IMG/VR virus record: IMGVR_UViG_3300044614_002617
Span: 46,368 to 110,367 of that record
DNA: 64,000 nt
DNA from: a virus
Strand: one strand, 5' to 3'
Shown here: in pieces, positions 9,967 through 18,276 of the stretch
Layout of the letters: each line of letters starts with the position of its first letter
Numbering within the stretch: the stretch's first letter is position 1
Translations under genes and position numbers: made by a program
Notes under the pieces: generated by a model
What the model was told of the DNA's origin: nothing
Database searches by the model: none
The model's input: the letters and a program-made list of their open reading frames with translations, nothing else

Positions 9967-10431
9967 ATGGCAAAAGTACCATTAATACAAAGCAGTTATC
10001 CAGTTTTCCCTGAACGACCATCATTTTTTATAGGTTGGCCTGGGGCAATGTCCTTAACTGGAACCGCTGCTCTTCCTCCTACGGGAGGAACGGTAAAATT
10101 TAATAATGGCTCTCATTTTAATACGTCAACAATGCGATTTACTTGCCCTGTTGCTGGGCTGTATTTAATAGGTGCAAGCTATTTGCGACAAAATGCAAAC
10201 AATGTTGTAGTTCGCATGAATGCTTTTAAAAATGGAACTAATGAAAACCAACAATTGCGTTCTACTGAAGCATATACTGGTTTTAATTATACAGCTGGAC
10301 AATGGTGGTTATTAAGAGCAAACATCGGAGATATTTTAGATGTTAGGATTTCTGCAGATTCAGCAACAACTTTATATGCAGATGGTGGTAATGGTGAATA
10401 TAATTGGATTTGTGGATATTTAGTGGGGTAA
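9967..10431 (+). CDS. Stand-alone C1q-like domain protein
   Basis: Start corrected to ATG 9967 (MAKVPL); PSF...FNTSTMRFTCPVAGLY...CGYLVG. Confidence 0.75.
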   Translation: MAKVPLIQSSYPVFPERPSFFIGWPGAMSLTGTAALPPTGGTVKFNNGSHFNTSTMRFTCPVAGLYLIGASYLRQNANNVVVRMNAFKNGTNENQQLRSTEAYTGFNYTAGQWWLLRANIGDILDVRISADSATTLYADGGNGEYNWICGYLVG

Positions 10432-10434
10432 TAT

Positions 10435-11142
10435 ATGTCATCGTCAGTAATTAAACAACAATCTTCGGGTATTGCGACAGAAACGCAAAGTGGACTAGTT
10501 AGCACTGATACACAATCGTTCGGTGGCGACAAAACGTTTGCGGGCACTAAAGTAGTGGTAAATGGCAATGTTGGAGTGGGCACTGCAACGCCGGGCGCTA
10601 AAATGCAACTTTCCGCAGGAGATGCTTCGTATGCTTGGTACGGCCCAAATACAACATGGGGTGGATTTCTTATAGTTGGTGCATGTCCGAATCAAGTTAC
10701 TACACTTAAAGCACAAATCATTTCAACCGATGGCAATATGCATTTAGACTCAGCAACATCAAAAAGTGCTTATATAAATTATTACTCACAAGGCAATACA
10801 TATATTAATGGGCAAGCCGGAAATGTTGGAATAGGAACATTAACGCCTAGTTATAAGTTACATGTGAACGGTTCTGGATTTTTTAGTTCAAGCGTTTTTT
10901 GTAATAAAGGTGGATTTTCAAGCGGAGATGGAAACTATCTTAACGGATTAGACGGATTCTACGGTTCAAGTTACGATGGTTATTATCTTATGAATCGACC
11001 AGGATTTAGCAGTGCATTTTGGCAACATGACCATGGTGGTTCTACTGGAACTATTCAATGGGCAACTTCGTACGGTCAAGCTTTATATAGAAGAAATCGA
11101 ACTGATAATAATACTTGGACAGCATGGAGGCAGGTTGACTAA
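10435..11142 (+). CDS. Short tail fibre
   Basis: ATETQSGLVSTDTQSFGGDKTF anchor, GNVGIGT..P..KL repeats, C-terminal WTAWRQ fibre motif. Confidence 0.75.
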   Translation: MSSSVIKQQSSGIATETQSGLVSTDTQSFGGDKTFAGTKVVVNGNVGVGTATPGAKMQLSAGDASYAWYGPNTTWGGFLIVGACPNQVTTLKAQIISTDGNMHLDSATSKSAYINYYSQGNTYINGQAGNVGIGTLTPSYKLHVNGSGFFSSSVFCNKGGFSSGDGNYLNGLDGFYGSSYDGYYLMNRPGFSSAFWQHDHGGSTGTIQWATSYGQALYRRNRTDNNTWTAWRQVD

Positions 11143-11489
11143 TGATCTTATATTTAAACATTAAAGAAAACAGAATAGAAGCCATCTTAAAACGTCCAGA
11201 CCCTAACAACCCCTTTAAACCATATTGTAAGGAGTTAGAACTTCCTGATGATTTTAATATTCAAGTTGAATATTTAAATGCTGAGGGGGAATCTCGCCTT
11301 AGGGAAATGACGGTCGAAGAGTTAGAAACTGCGTTGAGCTACAGAGAACGAAGATATAATAATTATCCAAAACTTGCAGAACAGATGGATATGCTTTGGC
11401 ATGCTATGGACAAAGGGGAATTACCCAAGGTTGAATCTTTTTACAATGCTATTAAACAAGTTAAAGAACAATTTCCTAAAGATAACTAA
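11142..11489 (+). CDS. Putative tail fibre assembly chaperone
   Basis: C-terminal Y...R...YP...EQMDMLWH...IKQVKEQFPK pattern; translationally coupled to the fibre. Confidence 0.65.
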   Translation: MILYLNIKENRIEAILKRPDPNNPFKPYCKELELPDDFNIQVEYLNAEGESRLREMTVEELETALSYRERRYNNYPKLAEQMDMLWHAMDKGELPKVESFYNAIKQVKEQFPKDN

Positions 11490-11514
11490 TTTTGGACTAT
11501 TTGTGGAGTAAGAA

Positions 11515-12459
11515 ATGTCATCCTCGGTAATATCTCAACAATCCTTAGGGCTAGCGACCGAGACTCAGAGCGGATTGGTTGGTACTGGGACACAATCGTT
11601 CAGTGGGGATAAGACGTTTGCCGGCGCGTATACTGTTAGGGCAATTCAGCAGGTGGGCGTGCCAAATATAGGAACGCACGCAGGATATCTTATACTTGCA
11701 AAAGCGTATGTAAGCGGATTGCAAGAAGTTTCTGAAATTACAGGAACATTTTTGTTAAGCAGAGGTGGCACCGGAACCGGCAACAGAGGAGACACTTATA
11801 CAGTTGTATCAAGATCGGCATACAATGGAGAGGGCTTAACTGTTCAGGTTTCAGTTGCGGGTAATCGTTTTTTTGTGAGAACAGTCAAGGTTACTTACCA
11901 AGGAACGATATACCATGCAATAGAAACTACTGTAACTGGGGGCGAACCAAATAATGGCATTTCATTCCAAGGTGTTATCAAAAATGCAACCCCGATTTAT
12001 GTAGATGCTACATATGTTTCAAGTATTTCTGCCTTTGGAAACTTTACGATTTTAGAAAACGGAATACTTCAAAAACCTCAAACTCCGTCTTTTAGTGGTT
12101 CGTTTTCTACATATACATCGAATACGTCAAATTATAACCCCAACCTAGCGACTTCTTTTAATGTTGGATTTGCTGTAAATGCTGGGCAATCTAGGATTAC
12201 GGTTCCAGTTGCAGGAAAATATTTTGTTCAGGCTCAGCAGCTTGTAAATACCGTTGGAACAAGTGTTTATTTACATATAAGGAAAAATTCAAACACAGTA
12301 AGATATGCGTATAGCAATAATGACGATACATACGACATGAACGTGTCTGCTATGGTAGATTGTGCAGCAAACGATTATATTGATTTTTATTATTCTGGAA
12401 CGACAACATATTCGTGGGCAGACCCTCACTCCGGTGTTATTTGCTATTTAATAGGATAA
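11515..12459 (+). CDS. Short tail fibre with C1q-like head (N-terminus paralogous to 10435)
   Basis: First 37 aa nearly identical to 10435; C-terminal PSFSG...ITVPVAGKY...CYLIG. Confidence 0.75.
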   Translation: MSSSVISQQSLGLATETQSGLVGTGTQSFSGDKTFAGAYTVRAIQQVGVPNIGTHAGYLILAKAYVSGLQEVSEITGTFLLSRGGTGTGNRGDTYTVVSRSAYNGEGLTVQVSVAGNRFFVRTVKVTYQGTIYHAIETTVTGGEPNNGISFQGVIKNATPIYVDATYVSSISAFGNFTILENGILQKPQTPSFSGSFSTYTSNTSNYNPNLATSFNVGFAVNAGQSRITVPVAGKYFVQAQQLVNTVGTSVYLHIRKNSNTVRYAYSNNDDTYDMNVSAMVDCAANDYIDFYYSGTTTYSWADPHSGVICYLIG

Positions 12460-12472
12460 AAAGGAGAATAAT

Positions 12473-12727
12473 ATGCAGGACATAACAATAAGTCTCACGG
12501 AAACCGAGTTCAAAGCGTTGAATGTGGCAGCTCTTTCGCCTCAAGAGTGGGCTAAAAACGCCGTCAAGAGCCGTGCCCAAATCGCGATCGATGAAATTGT
12601 TCAATTGTGTGTCGCAAAAAGTCTTGAAGAACAGGTACAGATTCCTAGTTCCAAAGAAGAAATTGTAGACTTGGCAATCGCTAAGGGATGGGTTAAGATA
12701 GCTTCATCGGAGGTGTCAAATGGCTGA
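12473..12727 (+). CDS. Small fibre-associated protein
   Basis: AAGGAG RBS; follows the C1q-like fibre. Confidence 0.65.
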   Translation: MQDITISLTETEFKALNVAALSPQEWAKNAVKSRAQIAIDEIVQLCVAKSLEEQVQIPSSKEEIVDLAIAKGWVKIASSEVSNG

Positions 12728-13115
12728 TTTAAGTACAATTGCTACGGCTGGTAGAGATTTTCAAGATGGTGGATTTAAAATCAATTATGGCGTATATAGC
12801 CCTACCGTAACTACCGTTTCTGGAATTGCAAACGCAAATTTTGGCAACTCCTTTAGAGATATGAGAACTGGGAACAGAACCATTAATGTTCATAATCTCA
12901 AAGATGGACAATCTTTAACAATTTTGGTTCAGGGCGCACTGAACAATGTTATTACAATAGCTGTGTTTAGCGATGCGGGAGTCACTTCCGTTCCCGTAAA
13001 ATACGGAGCAGGACAAAGCGGCACCATGGCATCCGCCTACTCGCTTTTTACCGTTTATCGTGTTGGGGGGGATTTAAATTTTGCAGTGATTGGGCCAATT
13101 CACGGGATATCGTAA
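12720..13115 (+). CDS. Putative adhesin adaptor (paralog of 24345 and of the 18277 C-terminus)
   Basis: GNRTINVHNLKDGQSLTILVQGA...SLFTVYR...IHGIS shared with those proteins. Confidence 0.7.
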   Translation: MADLSTIATAGRDFQDGGFKINYGVYSPTVTTVSGIANANFGNSFRDMRTGNRTINVHNLKDGQSLTILVQGALNNVITIAVFSDAGVTSVPVKYGAGQSGTMASAYSLFTVYRVGGDLNFAVIGPIHGIS

Positions 13116-13116
13116 T

Positions 13117-14511
13117 ATGTTTTTTAATAATGCCGTTGGTGTGCTAGCAACACAAAAAGCAACTGAAACAGAAGAAAAAATTACATCTTCTATAACAAAA
13201 ACAATGACATCCGCATACGTACCTCAAAGTATTAAAGTTTGGGGCACTGGCGGGGGAGCCGGTGGAGCCAATGGAGCAAATGGGGCAAATGGTAATACCG
13301 GCGGCTCAGGAGTAAACGGAGGTACCGGTATAGCTGGATCCGGAGACAGCGGAGGTCGTGGCTGGTCGAGCGGCGGATACGGTTACGGTGGAGCCGGCGG
13401 AGCTGGCGGAGCCGCTGGCAACGGAGGAGCAGGCGGAGCCGGTGGAGCAGGCGGAGCAGGCGGTGGAAAAGGATCCGGAAATTTAAATAATTACATTTCT
13501 GAAAATTACAATACATATGATTTTTTTTCTGATTTTATTGGCGGGGTTGATATCGCAATTGTTGTTGGAAACGGAGGGAACGCTCAAACAAACGGAAGTT
13601 CATCTGGCCTAAGTGTTAATGGGGTTCAAAAAATTATGTATTCAGGTGGGCTCATAAACCAATCACCTGGAACGCCGGGAGCAAACGGAACAAACGGTAC
13701 GGCTGGCAGCGGCGGAGCCGGTGGAGCCGGGGGTGCGCTCGTCGGAGGATCTGGAGTAAATGGCGGAGGCGCAGGAGGAGGAAGTGGCGGAGCTGGTGGC
13801 AGCGGACGAGGAGCCGGTGGAACCGGGGGCGCCGGTGGGATTGGTGGAAGCAAGAACATTGGTTTCGTCTTAAATGGTATAGAATACGGAACCGGGGGCG
13901 CCGGTGGTAACGGGGGCGCCGGTGGTAACGGTGGAATTGGTGGACTTGGTGGAAATGGCGGAAATGGCGGAAATGGTTATGGAGGGGGAGGCGGAGGACA
14001 GTCTGTTTATCAAACAGACTTTTGGTACTCTTACGCTGGAAACTCCGGAGGTTGGGGCTGGGGCGGCGGCGGCGGTAGCGGGGCGGCTGATATCTTCGCA
14101 GCTTTACCTGGAGGAAACGGAGGCTCTTCGGTAAATGGATACAGTGGAGGAGCCGGAGGTGTGCTTCCGCCTAGTAGTTATGGAGGGGGAAGCGGAGGCG
14201 GCGGCGGTGCCGGCTCCGGCGGAAATGGCGGTGGCGGTGGCGTTGGGTATTATTCAGGAGATGTGTACTATCCGGGCGGCGGAGGCGGCGGTGGCTGGGG
14301 CGGCGGAGGAAATGGCGGACGAGGGCAAGGATATTTGGGGCCATACTCCGGGGGCTCAGAAAGCGGCTATGGCGGAAGCGGTGGAGGATACGGAGGAGCA
14401 GGCGGAGCCGGGGGTGCTTCTGGTGGGGCAGGAACATCCGGAACTGCCGGTCAAGCTGGACAAGCTGGCAAAAATGGCATAATAATTATTAGATATAAAG
14501 TGTTTGAGTAG
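13117..14511 (+). CDS. Glycine-rich adhesin-like protein 1
   Basis: Start corrected to ATG 13117 (MFFNN); GGxGGx runs with aromatic-rich inserts; ends GKNGIIIIRY. Confidence 0.75.
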   Translation: MFFNNAVGVLATQKATETEEKITSSITKTMTSAYVPQSIKVWGTGGGAGGANGANGANGNTGGSGVNGGTGIAGSGDSGGRGWSSGGYGYGGAGGAGGAAGNGGAGGAGGAGGAGGGKGSGNLNNYISENYNTYDFFSDFIGGVDIAIVVGNGGNAQTNGSSSGLSVNGVQKIMYSGGLINQSPGTPGANGTNGTAGSGGAGGAGGALVGGSGVNGGGAGGGSGGAGGSGRGAGGTGGAGGIGGSKNIGFVLNGIEYGTGGAGGNGGAGGNGGIGGLGGNGGNGGNGYGGGGGGQSVYQTDFWYSYAGNSGGWGWGGGGGSGAADIFAALPGGNGGSSVNGYSGGAGGVLPPSSYGGGSGGGGGAGSGGNGGGGGVGYYSGDVYYPGGGGGGGWGGGGNGGRGQGYLGPYSGGSESGYGGSGGGYGGAGGAGGASGGAGTSGTAGQAGQAGKNGIIIIRYKVFE

Positions 14512-14529
14512 AAACTAGAATACAAAAAT

Positions 14530-14558
14530 TTGACTTTAAAAAAACTGTTTTGTAAAAT
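14530..14558 (+). promoter_or_regulatory. sigma70-type promoter
   Basis: TTGACT-N17-TAAAAT upstream of a GGAGG RBS. Confidence 0.6.
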
Positions 14559-14576
14559 TTTTTTGGAGGTTCTTAT

Positions 14577-15311
14577 ATGTCAGATATTATTGTAAGAAAT
14601 GCTGGCACAGCCGTTTCTACTATTCTAGAAACAATTAAGCCAATGTCGGTCATCAAAAAAGAAGATCAGCAGTTTCTTGTTGAGCATAAAGAGCATTTTG
14701 CTCAGGTATTTGAAAAAACGCACATCTGGAGAACAGACACACAAAAGCTTTCAATTGTTTCGGATAGCTATCACCCAACTCTACACTCTAAGTTTCATCA
14801 AGCAATTCTAGAACAAAAAGTTCAATTAGACCAGACTTTCTATTTGGCAAAAGATTTTGAAATGAAAAAAATTGAAATTGAAGAACTAATGCTAGATCTA
14901 GAGGATCTGGGCGATACCGCTAGGGACGAACTTAAAAGACGTAAATTTGAAATTGAACTTCAGTTTAAAAAGTATGAACTAGATCAAATGGTTATTTCCA
15001 TGAATTATAGAATGGCGGAAGTAAAAGGTTGGCAAAAAATTCAAGAAGATCTTTTAATTAAACTGCGAGAATCGGGAATGGACGAGGAAACAATTTGGAG
15101 CAAAGACGCTGGAGAGGTGGAGTCAATGTTCTTTGGTACACTTACTCGCTTGCAGGGTCTGGCCAAAACAACGGACGGTGCCGAAGCAAATAACCTAATA
15201 GCTTTGGCTCAGTTTTACGTACAAAAAGTTCAAGAAAGTGGAAGACTTCCGGAATTAAAAAAGAAATGCAATAAGGCTCAACTGGACTCTCTTAAATTTT
15301 TAGGATATTAA
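14577..15311 (+). CDS. Coiled-coil protein following adhesin (distant paralog of 21405)
   Basis: EIEEL...RRKFEIE pattern aligns by eye with ELEEL...RRKLAIE of 21405. Confidence 0.65.
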   Translation: MSDIIVRNAGTAVSTILETIKPMSVIKKEDQQFLVEHKEHFAQVFEKTHIWRTDTQKLSIVSDSYHPTLHSKFHQAILEQKVQLDQTFYLAKDFEMKKIEIEELMLDLEDLGDTARDELKRRKFEIELQFKKYELDQMVISMNYRMAEVKGWQKIQEDLLIKLRESGMDEETIWSKDAGEVESMFFGTLTRLQGLAKTTDGAEANNLIALAQFYVQKVQESGRLPELKKKCNKAQLDSLKFLGY

Positions 15312-15314
15312 TAT

Positions 15315-15341
15315 TAAAGTTCTTGCAACAAAAGACGATAA
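15315..15341 (+). promoter_or_regulatory. sigma28/FliA-type promoter
   Basis: TAAAGTTC-N11-GACGATAA at the head of a small-gene operon. Confidence 0.7.
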
Positions 15342-15368
15342 GATTTATGGTAAGCATGGGAGGTTCTC

Positions 15369-15437
15369 ATGCTTATTAGCTTTTTTTTAATTATTTTGAT
15401 GGCTTACGTATTCGCCAGAACAGGGAGAACTTTATGA
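15369..15437 (+). CDS. 22-aa hydrophobic leader peptide
   Basis: MLISFFLIILMAYVFARTGRTL; GGGAGG RBS; ATGA overlap with 15434. Confidence 0.45.
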   Translation: MLISFFLIILMAYVFARTGRTL

Positions 15438-15622
15438 AAATGATTTATACACTAATGGATTACGAAAACGGTAAACTAAACGCAGAAGAAACAATTAAAT
15501 TGTTTCAGAATTTGATTGACAGTGGGCTTATTTTTGGTCTGCAGGGTCATTATTTGGAAGTAGCTAGAGATTTGGTAGAAGCTGGCTTGGTTAATCTCAC
15601 AACTGCTGACATTGAGGAGTGA
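15434..15622 (+). CDS. Small phage protein
   Basis: YE.G.L...I..FQ.LID.G....LQG.Y pattern that I recall from phage early genes; RBS present. Confidence 0.7.
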   Translation: MKMIYTLMDYENGKLNAEETIKLFQNLIDSGLIFGLQGHYLEVARDLVEAGLVNLTTADIEE

Positions 15623-15624
15623 TT

Positions 15625-15777
15625 ATGGTAATGGAAATGTTTGTTAATAGAATTTTAAATATCTTGCTAAATAAAAATACACTTATTCATACAACAAAAG
15701 AAATAGCAGAAGCTCAAAACATGGCTCGCCGAGCAATTGCTACCTATGAGGCGGTTGTTACAGGGAATATCTTATGA
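15625..15777 (+). CDS. Hypothetical protein (50 aa)
   Basis: Hand translation MVMEMFVNRIL...VTGNIL; GAGGAG RBS. Confidence 0.55.
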   Translation: MVMEMFVNRILNILLNKNTLIHTTKEIAEAQNMARRAIATYEAVVTGNIL

Positions 15778-15938
15778 CCAATAAGCATGATGACGAAGAG
15801 GGTCGTCCACCAGAAACATTAAATGAAGCTCTGATGTTTCTGGCCTACCACACAGGAATGTTTGCTTTAAAAGTGGCAGCTATTATTGCTGTCTGGGTTA
15901 TGTTAGTAGACCTTTTAAGAAGCCTTATGATGCCCTAG
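15774..15938 (+). CDS. Small membrane protein (54 aa)
   Basis: Hand translation MTNKHDDEEGRPP...ALKVAAIIAVWVMLVDLLRSLMMP; ATGA overlap with the previous ORF. Confidence 0.55.
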   Translation: MTNKHDDEEGRPPETLNEALMFLAYHTGMFALKVAAIIAVWVMLVDLLRSLMMP

Positions 15939-15947
15939 GGAGTTTTT

Positions 15948-16286
15948 ATGCTTAACATTATTATTATAGCTGGTATTGTTTTAGGTGGCATGTCTCTTTC
16001 CGCTGCAAAAAGAAAGCCATTGCCTGTAGGCAGCTGCATTGCCGATAAGTTACTCTGTAATGCAAACGACCCTAATCTTGATCCATGGCAAGTCGAGTGT
16101 TACAACGGCGCATTGCTGAGAATCGAGGCGGTCGGAAAGCATTCTTACAAAACGGGTTGCGTTGAAGAAACTTTTCATTGTAAAGGATTTGTTTCTTTTA
16201 GAGACGCAAGAGATTTTTTCTTTCCGATTGAATGTCCACCCAAGGTGATGCGTCTTCGTAATTCCGTTCCGCTTCCAAAGGAGTAA
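15948..16286 (+). CDS. Membrane-anchored Cys-rich hypothetical protein
   Basis: N-terminal hydrophobic segment, six Cys, GGGAG RBS. Confidence 0.65.
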   Translation: MLNIIIIAGIVLGGMSLSAAKRKPLPVGSCIADKLLCNANDPNLDPWQVECYNGALLRIEAVGKHSYKTGCVEETFHCKGFVSFRDARDFFFPIECPPKVMRLRNSVPLPKE

Positions 16287-16289
16287 GCA

Positions 16290-16475
16290 ATGCCACAAAC
16301 ACTGATCTTGCTGACTTGTGTAATGGTGTTACTAGCTTGTTTACTTTATGTTGCCGACATGGCAAATAATTTTGTTGACACAGCGACTCAAATTTATTGC
16401 GAGCAACGAGCTGATTTTAGTAAATGCTCTCAAGAATTTAAAGAAAAAATGTCAACTCTGATGAAAAGGCACTAA
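16290..16475 (+). CDS. Small membrane protein
   Basis: N-terminal TM segment; AAGGAG RBS. Confidence 0.6.
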   Translation: MPQTLILLTCVMVLLACLLYVADMANNFVDTATQIYCEQRADFSKCSQEFKEKMSTLMKRH

Positions 16476-16489
16476 TTCTACGGTTTTTT

Positions 16490-16669
16490 ATGTCTCTAAA
16501 TATTAAAAAGCTCAGAGAGCAAATAATTCTAACAAAAGAAGGCGATGACTATGTCGCCACTCACCCTTCTCATCCTACACTTTCTGTTTGTGCACCGACA
16601 ATTTTTGAAGCAGAGCAAGAAATCTTACAATATGTTATGTATATGATTTTACTAGAAAATATAAAATAA
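16490..16669 (+). CDS. HicB-like small protein (59 aa)
   Basis: Hand translation MSLNIKKLREQIILTKEGDDYVATHPSHPTLSVCAPTIFEAEQEILQYVMYMILLENIK; weak RBS. Confidence 0.5.
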   Translation: MSLNIKKLREQIILTKEGDDYVATHPSHPTLSVCAPTIFEAEQEILQYVMYMILLENIK

Positions 16670-16671
16670 AA

Positions 16672-16728
16672 GTTTATATTTTCTGCTTTTGATTACATTC
16701 TGTGTAATCGTTAACAGAAAATACAAAC
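16672..16728. terminator. Long imperfect hairpin between convergent operons
   Basis: GTTTATATTTTCTG...GATTACA-ttctg-TGTAATC...CAGAAAATACAAAC nested stems. Confidence 0.55.
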
Positions 16729-16737
16729 CCAAGAAGT

Positions 16738-17190
16738 TCAAATCGGATTTGACATTTTTTGAATCAGACTAAGCGTTGTTTTAGCTCTGTAAATTTCGTA
16801 TTTTTTACCCTCGATTGAGCATCTTTTCTCATCCTTGTGCATTGCAGCCTTAACTTGTTTTACCTCTTCTTCAATCTCAGGAGAATAGTTTTTGCCGTCC
16901 TCTAGCAGCACTTTTACGTAAACAGTAACCATATCGTTACTTAAAGCGGCCACTGTTAGATAAGGTGCCCCAAGGGTTACGTTTGTTTTACTAGTAACCG
17001 CTGAACCAAGAGCATTTGCCATTTCGCTGGGAGAAAGCAATACAACTCCTAATGCGTCGGACGCTTTGGTTAGCTCAGCCACTTCATCAACGCAAGACGT
17101 TGTTGGCTCTTCAAGAATTTTATTAATAGCCAAACCACTTAATGTTATTACCGCCGCTGCTGCCAAACCAAACTTTGTTACTCTTTTCAT
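16738..17190 (-). CDS. Membrane-anchored or exported hypothetical protein
   Basis: Signal/TM N-terminus; AGGAGG RBS. Confidence 0.7.
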   Translation of the reverse strand: MKRVTKFGLAAAAVITLSGLAINKILEEPTTSCVDEVAELTKASDALGVVLLSPSEMANALGSAVTSKTNVTLGAPYLTVAALSNDMVTVYVKVLLEDGKNYSPEIEEEVKQVKAAMHKDEKRCSIEGKKYEIYRAKTTLSLIQKMSNPI

Positions 17191-17480
17191 TACTCACCTC
17201 CTGTTTCATTATCGTATTTTTTATTAGAAACTTTAATATTTTCTTTATCGTCGCCATTCCACTCTTTTTTTACATGCTCATCTAATTTAGGCTTGTGTTT
17301 CAGCGGATAGTAATGATTTGTAATTACGTTCAGCACCATGGCTACATGCTGAGCTTTAAAACCTTCAGGCAATTTACTTGCCAGCTCTTCAGTTAAGTGA
17401 TCAAAACATAATTTTTTTGAAAACATTGGAGTAACCATCGCGTCGCATTTTTTGCATTTTTGCCACCGCTCATTTTCCAT
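17190..17480 (-). CDS. Hypothetical protein with Zn-finger-like motif
   Basis: CKKC...CFDH. Confidence 0.65.
   Translation of the reverse strand: MENERWQKCKKCDAMVTPMFSKKLCFDHLTEELASKLPEGFKAQHVAMVLNVITNHYYPLKHKPKLDEHVKKEWNGDDKENIKVSNKKYDNETGGE
17209..17235 (-). promoter_or_regulatory. sigma28/FliA-type promoter, internal to the upstream CDS
   Basis: Minus strand TAAAGTTT-N11-TACGATAA just upstream of the RBS of 16738..17190. Confidence 0.6.
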
Positions 17481-17491
17481 AAGTCTCCTAA

Positions 17492-18031
17492 TTAAAAAAA
17501 GATTTCTTCAAACTCTTCATAATCTTTTTCAAAAATTCGCATAGTCTTATCTTTGTCAGAAATAGCTTTTAAGATGGGGGTTTTGCCCACATTATCTATT
17601 TCCGTAAAAATCCACTTAGTTCTGGTGGACTTATGAAACAAAACAGAGCCGACAGAAAACGGAAGTTTTTTTGATTTTTCGGTCTTTTTTTCTTCGGAAG
17701 TATTAGTGCGCGAATCATCCACCCACCCCCAATTTTGTTGTGATGAGGGAGGATATGTAGTGGTGTTTGTTTGAGTCTTGGTTGACAGGTCTATTTTAAC
17801 TAAGCTCAAAGACACGGGGTCTTGATACTCAACAGTCGTTATCCATGCGTCATAAGTGCATGGAATCAATCTTTTAATCATACTGTCGTGCACACTATAC
17901 TGACTGTATGTTGGGTACAACATTGTAAAATTATGACAATCTTTACTGTCTACCGTTCCATCCGCCTGCAGAACAAACGAAGAGATTTGGTCAAAATACA
18001 TATCGCCTTGGTCTAGTGGTTTTGCAGCCAT
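17492..18031 (-). CDS. Hypothetical protein
   Basis: 179-aa ORF with GGAG RBS. Confidence 0.65.
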   Translation of the reverse strand: MAAKPLDQGDMYFDQISSFVLQADGTVDSKDCHNFTMLYPTYSQYSVHDSMIKRLIPCTYDAWITTVEYQDPVSLSLVKIDLSTKTQTNTTTYPPSSQQNWGWVDDSRTNTSEEKKTEKSKKLPFSVGSVLFHKSTRTKWIFTEIDNVGKTPILKAISDKDKTMRIFEKDYEEFEEIFF

Positions 18032-18045
18032 ACCAACTCCAACTG

Positions 18046-18126
18046 TTATTTTGAATAAAAATCAATTAAAAATCTTAACAAAGCCGGCAATATTAAAATT
18101 AATATAATAATAACAATGTCTTGCAT
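18046..18126 (-). CDS. 26-aa membrane peptide
   Basis: MQDIVIIILILILPALLRFLIDFYSK; AGGAG RBS. Confidence 0.5.
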   Translation of the reverse strand: MQDIVIIILILILPALLRFLIDFYSK

Positions 18127-18150
18127 TTTTACTCCTATATTTTTTTTAAC

Positions 18151-18189
18151 TTGCAACCACATACTAAACCTGATATAAATGTCTTGCAA
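18151..18189. promoter_or_regulatory. Overlapping divergent sigma70-type promoters
   Basis: Plus strand TTGCAA-N17-TATAAA (18151-18179); minus strand TTGCAA-N17-TAGTAT (18189-18161). Confidence 0.5.
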
Positions 18190-18276
18190 GCTCTTTTTGG
18201 TTTTTTAAAATTGTTTGTAAAAATCATAGACTTAAATATTAAAATAGGTATGCGTTTTTAGTACAAAGGAGAAAAC

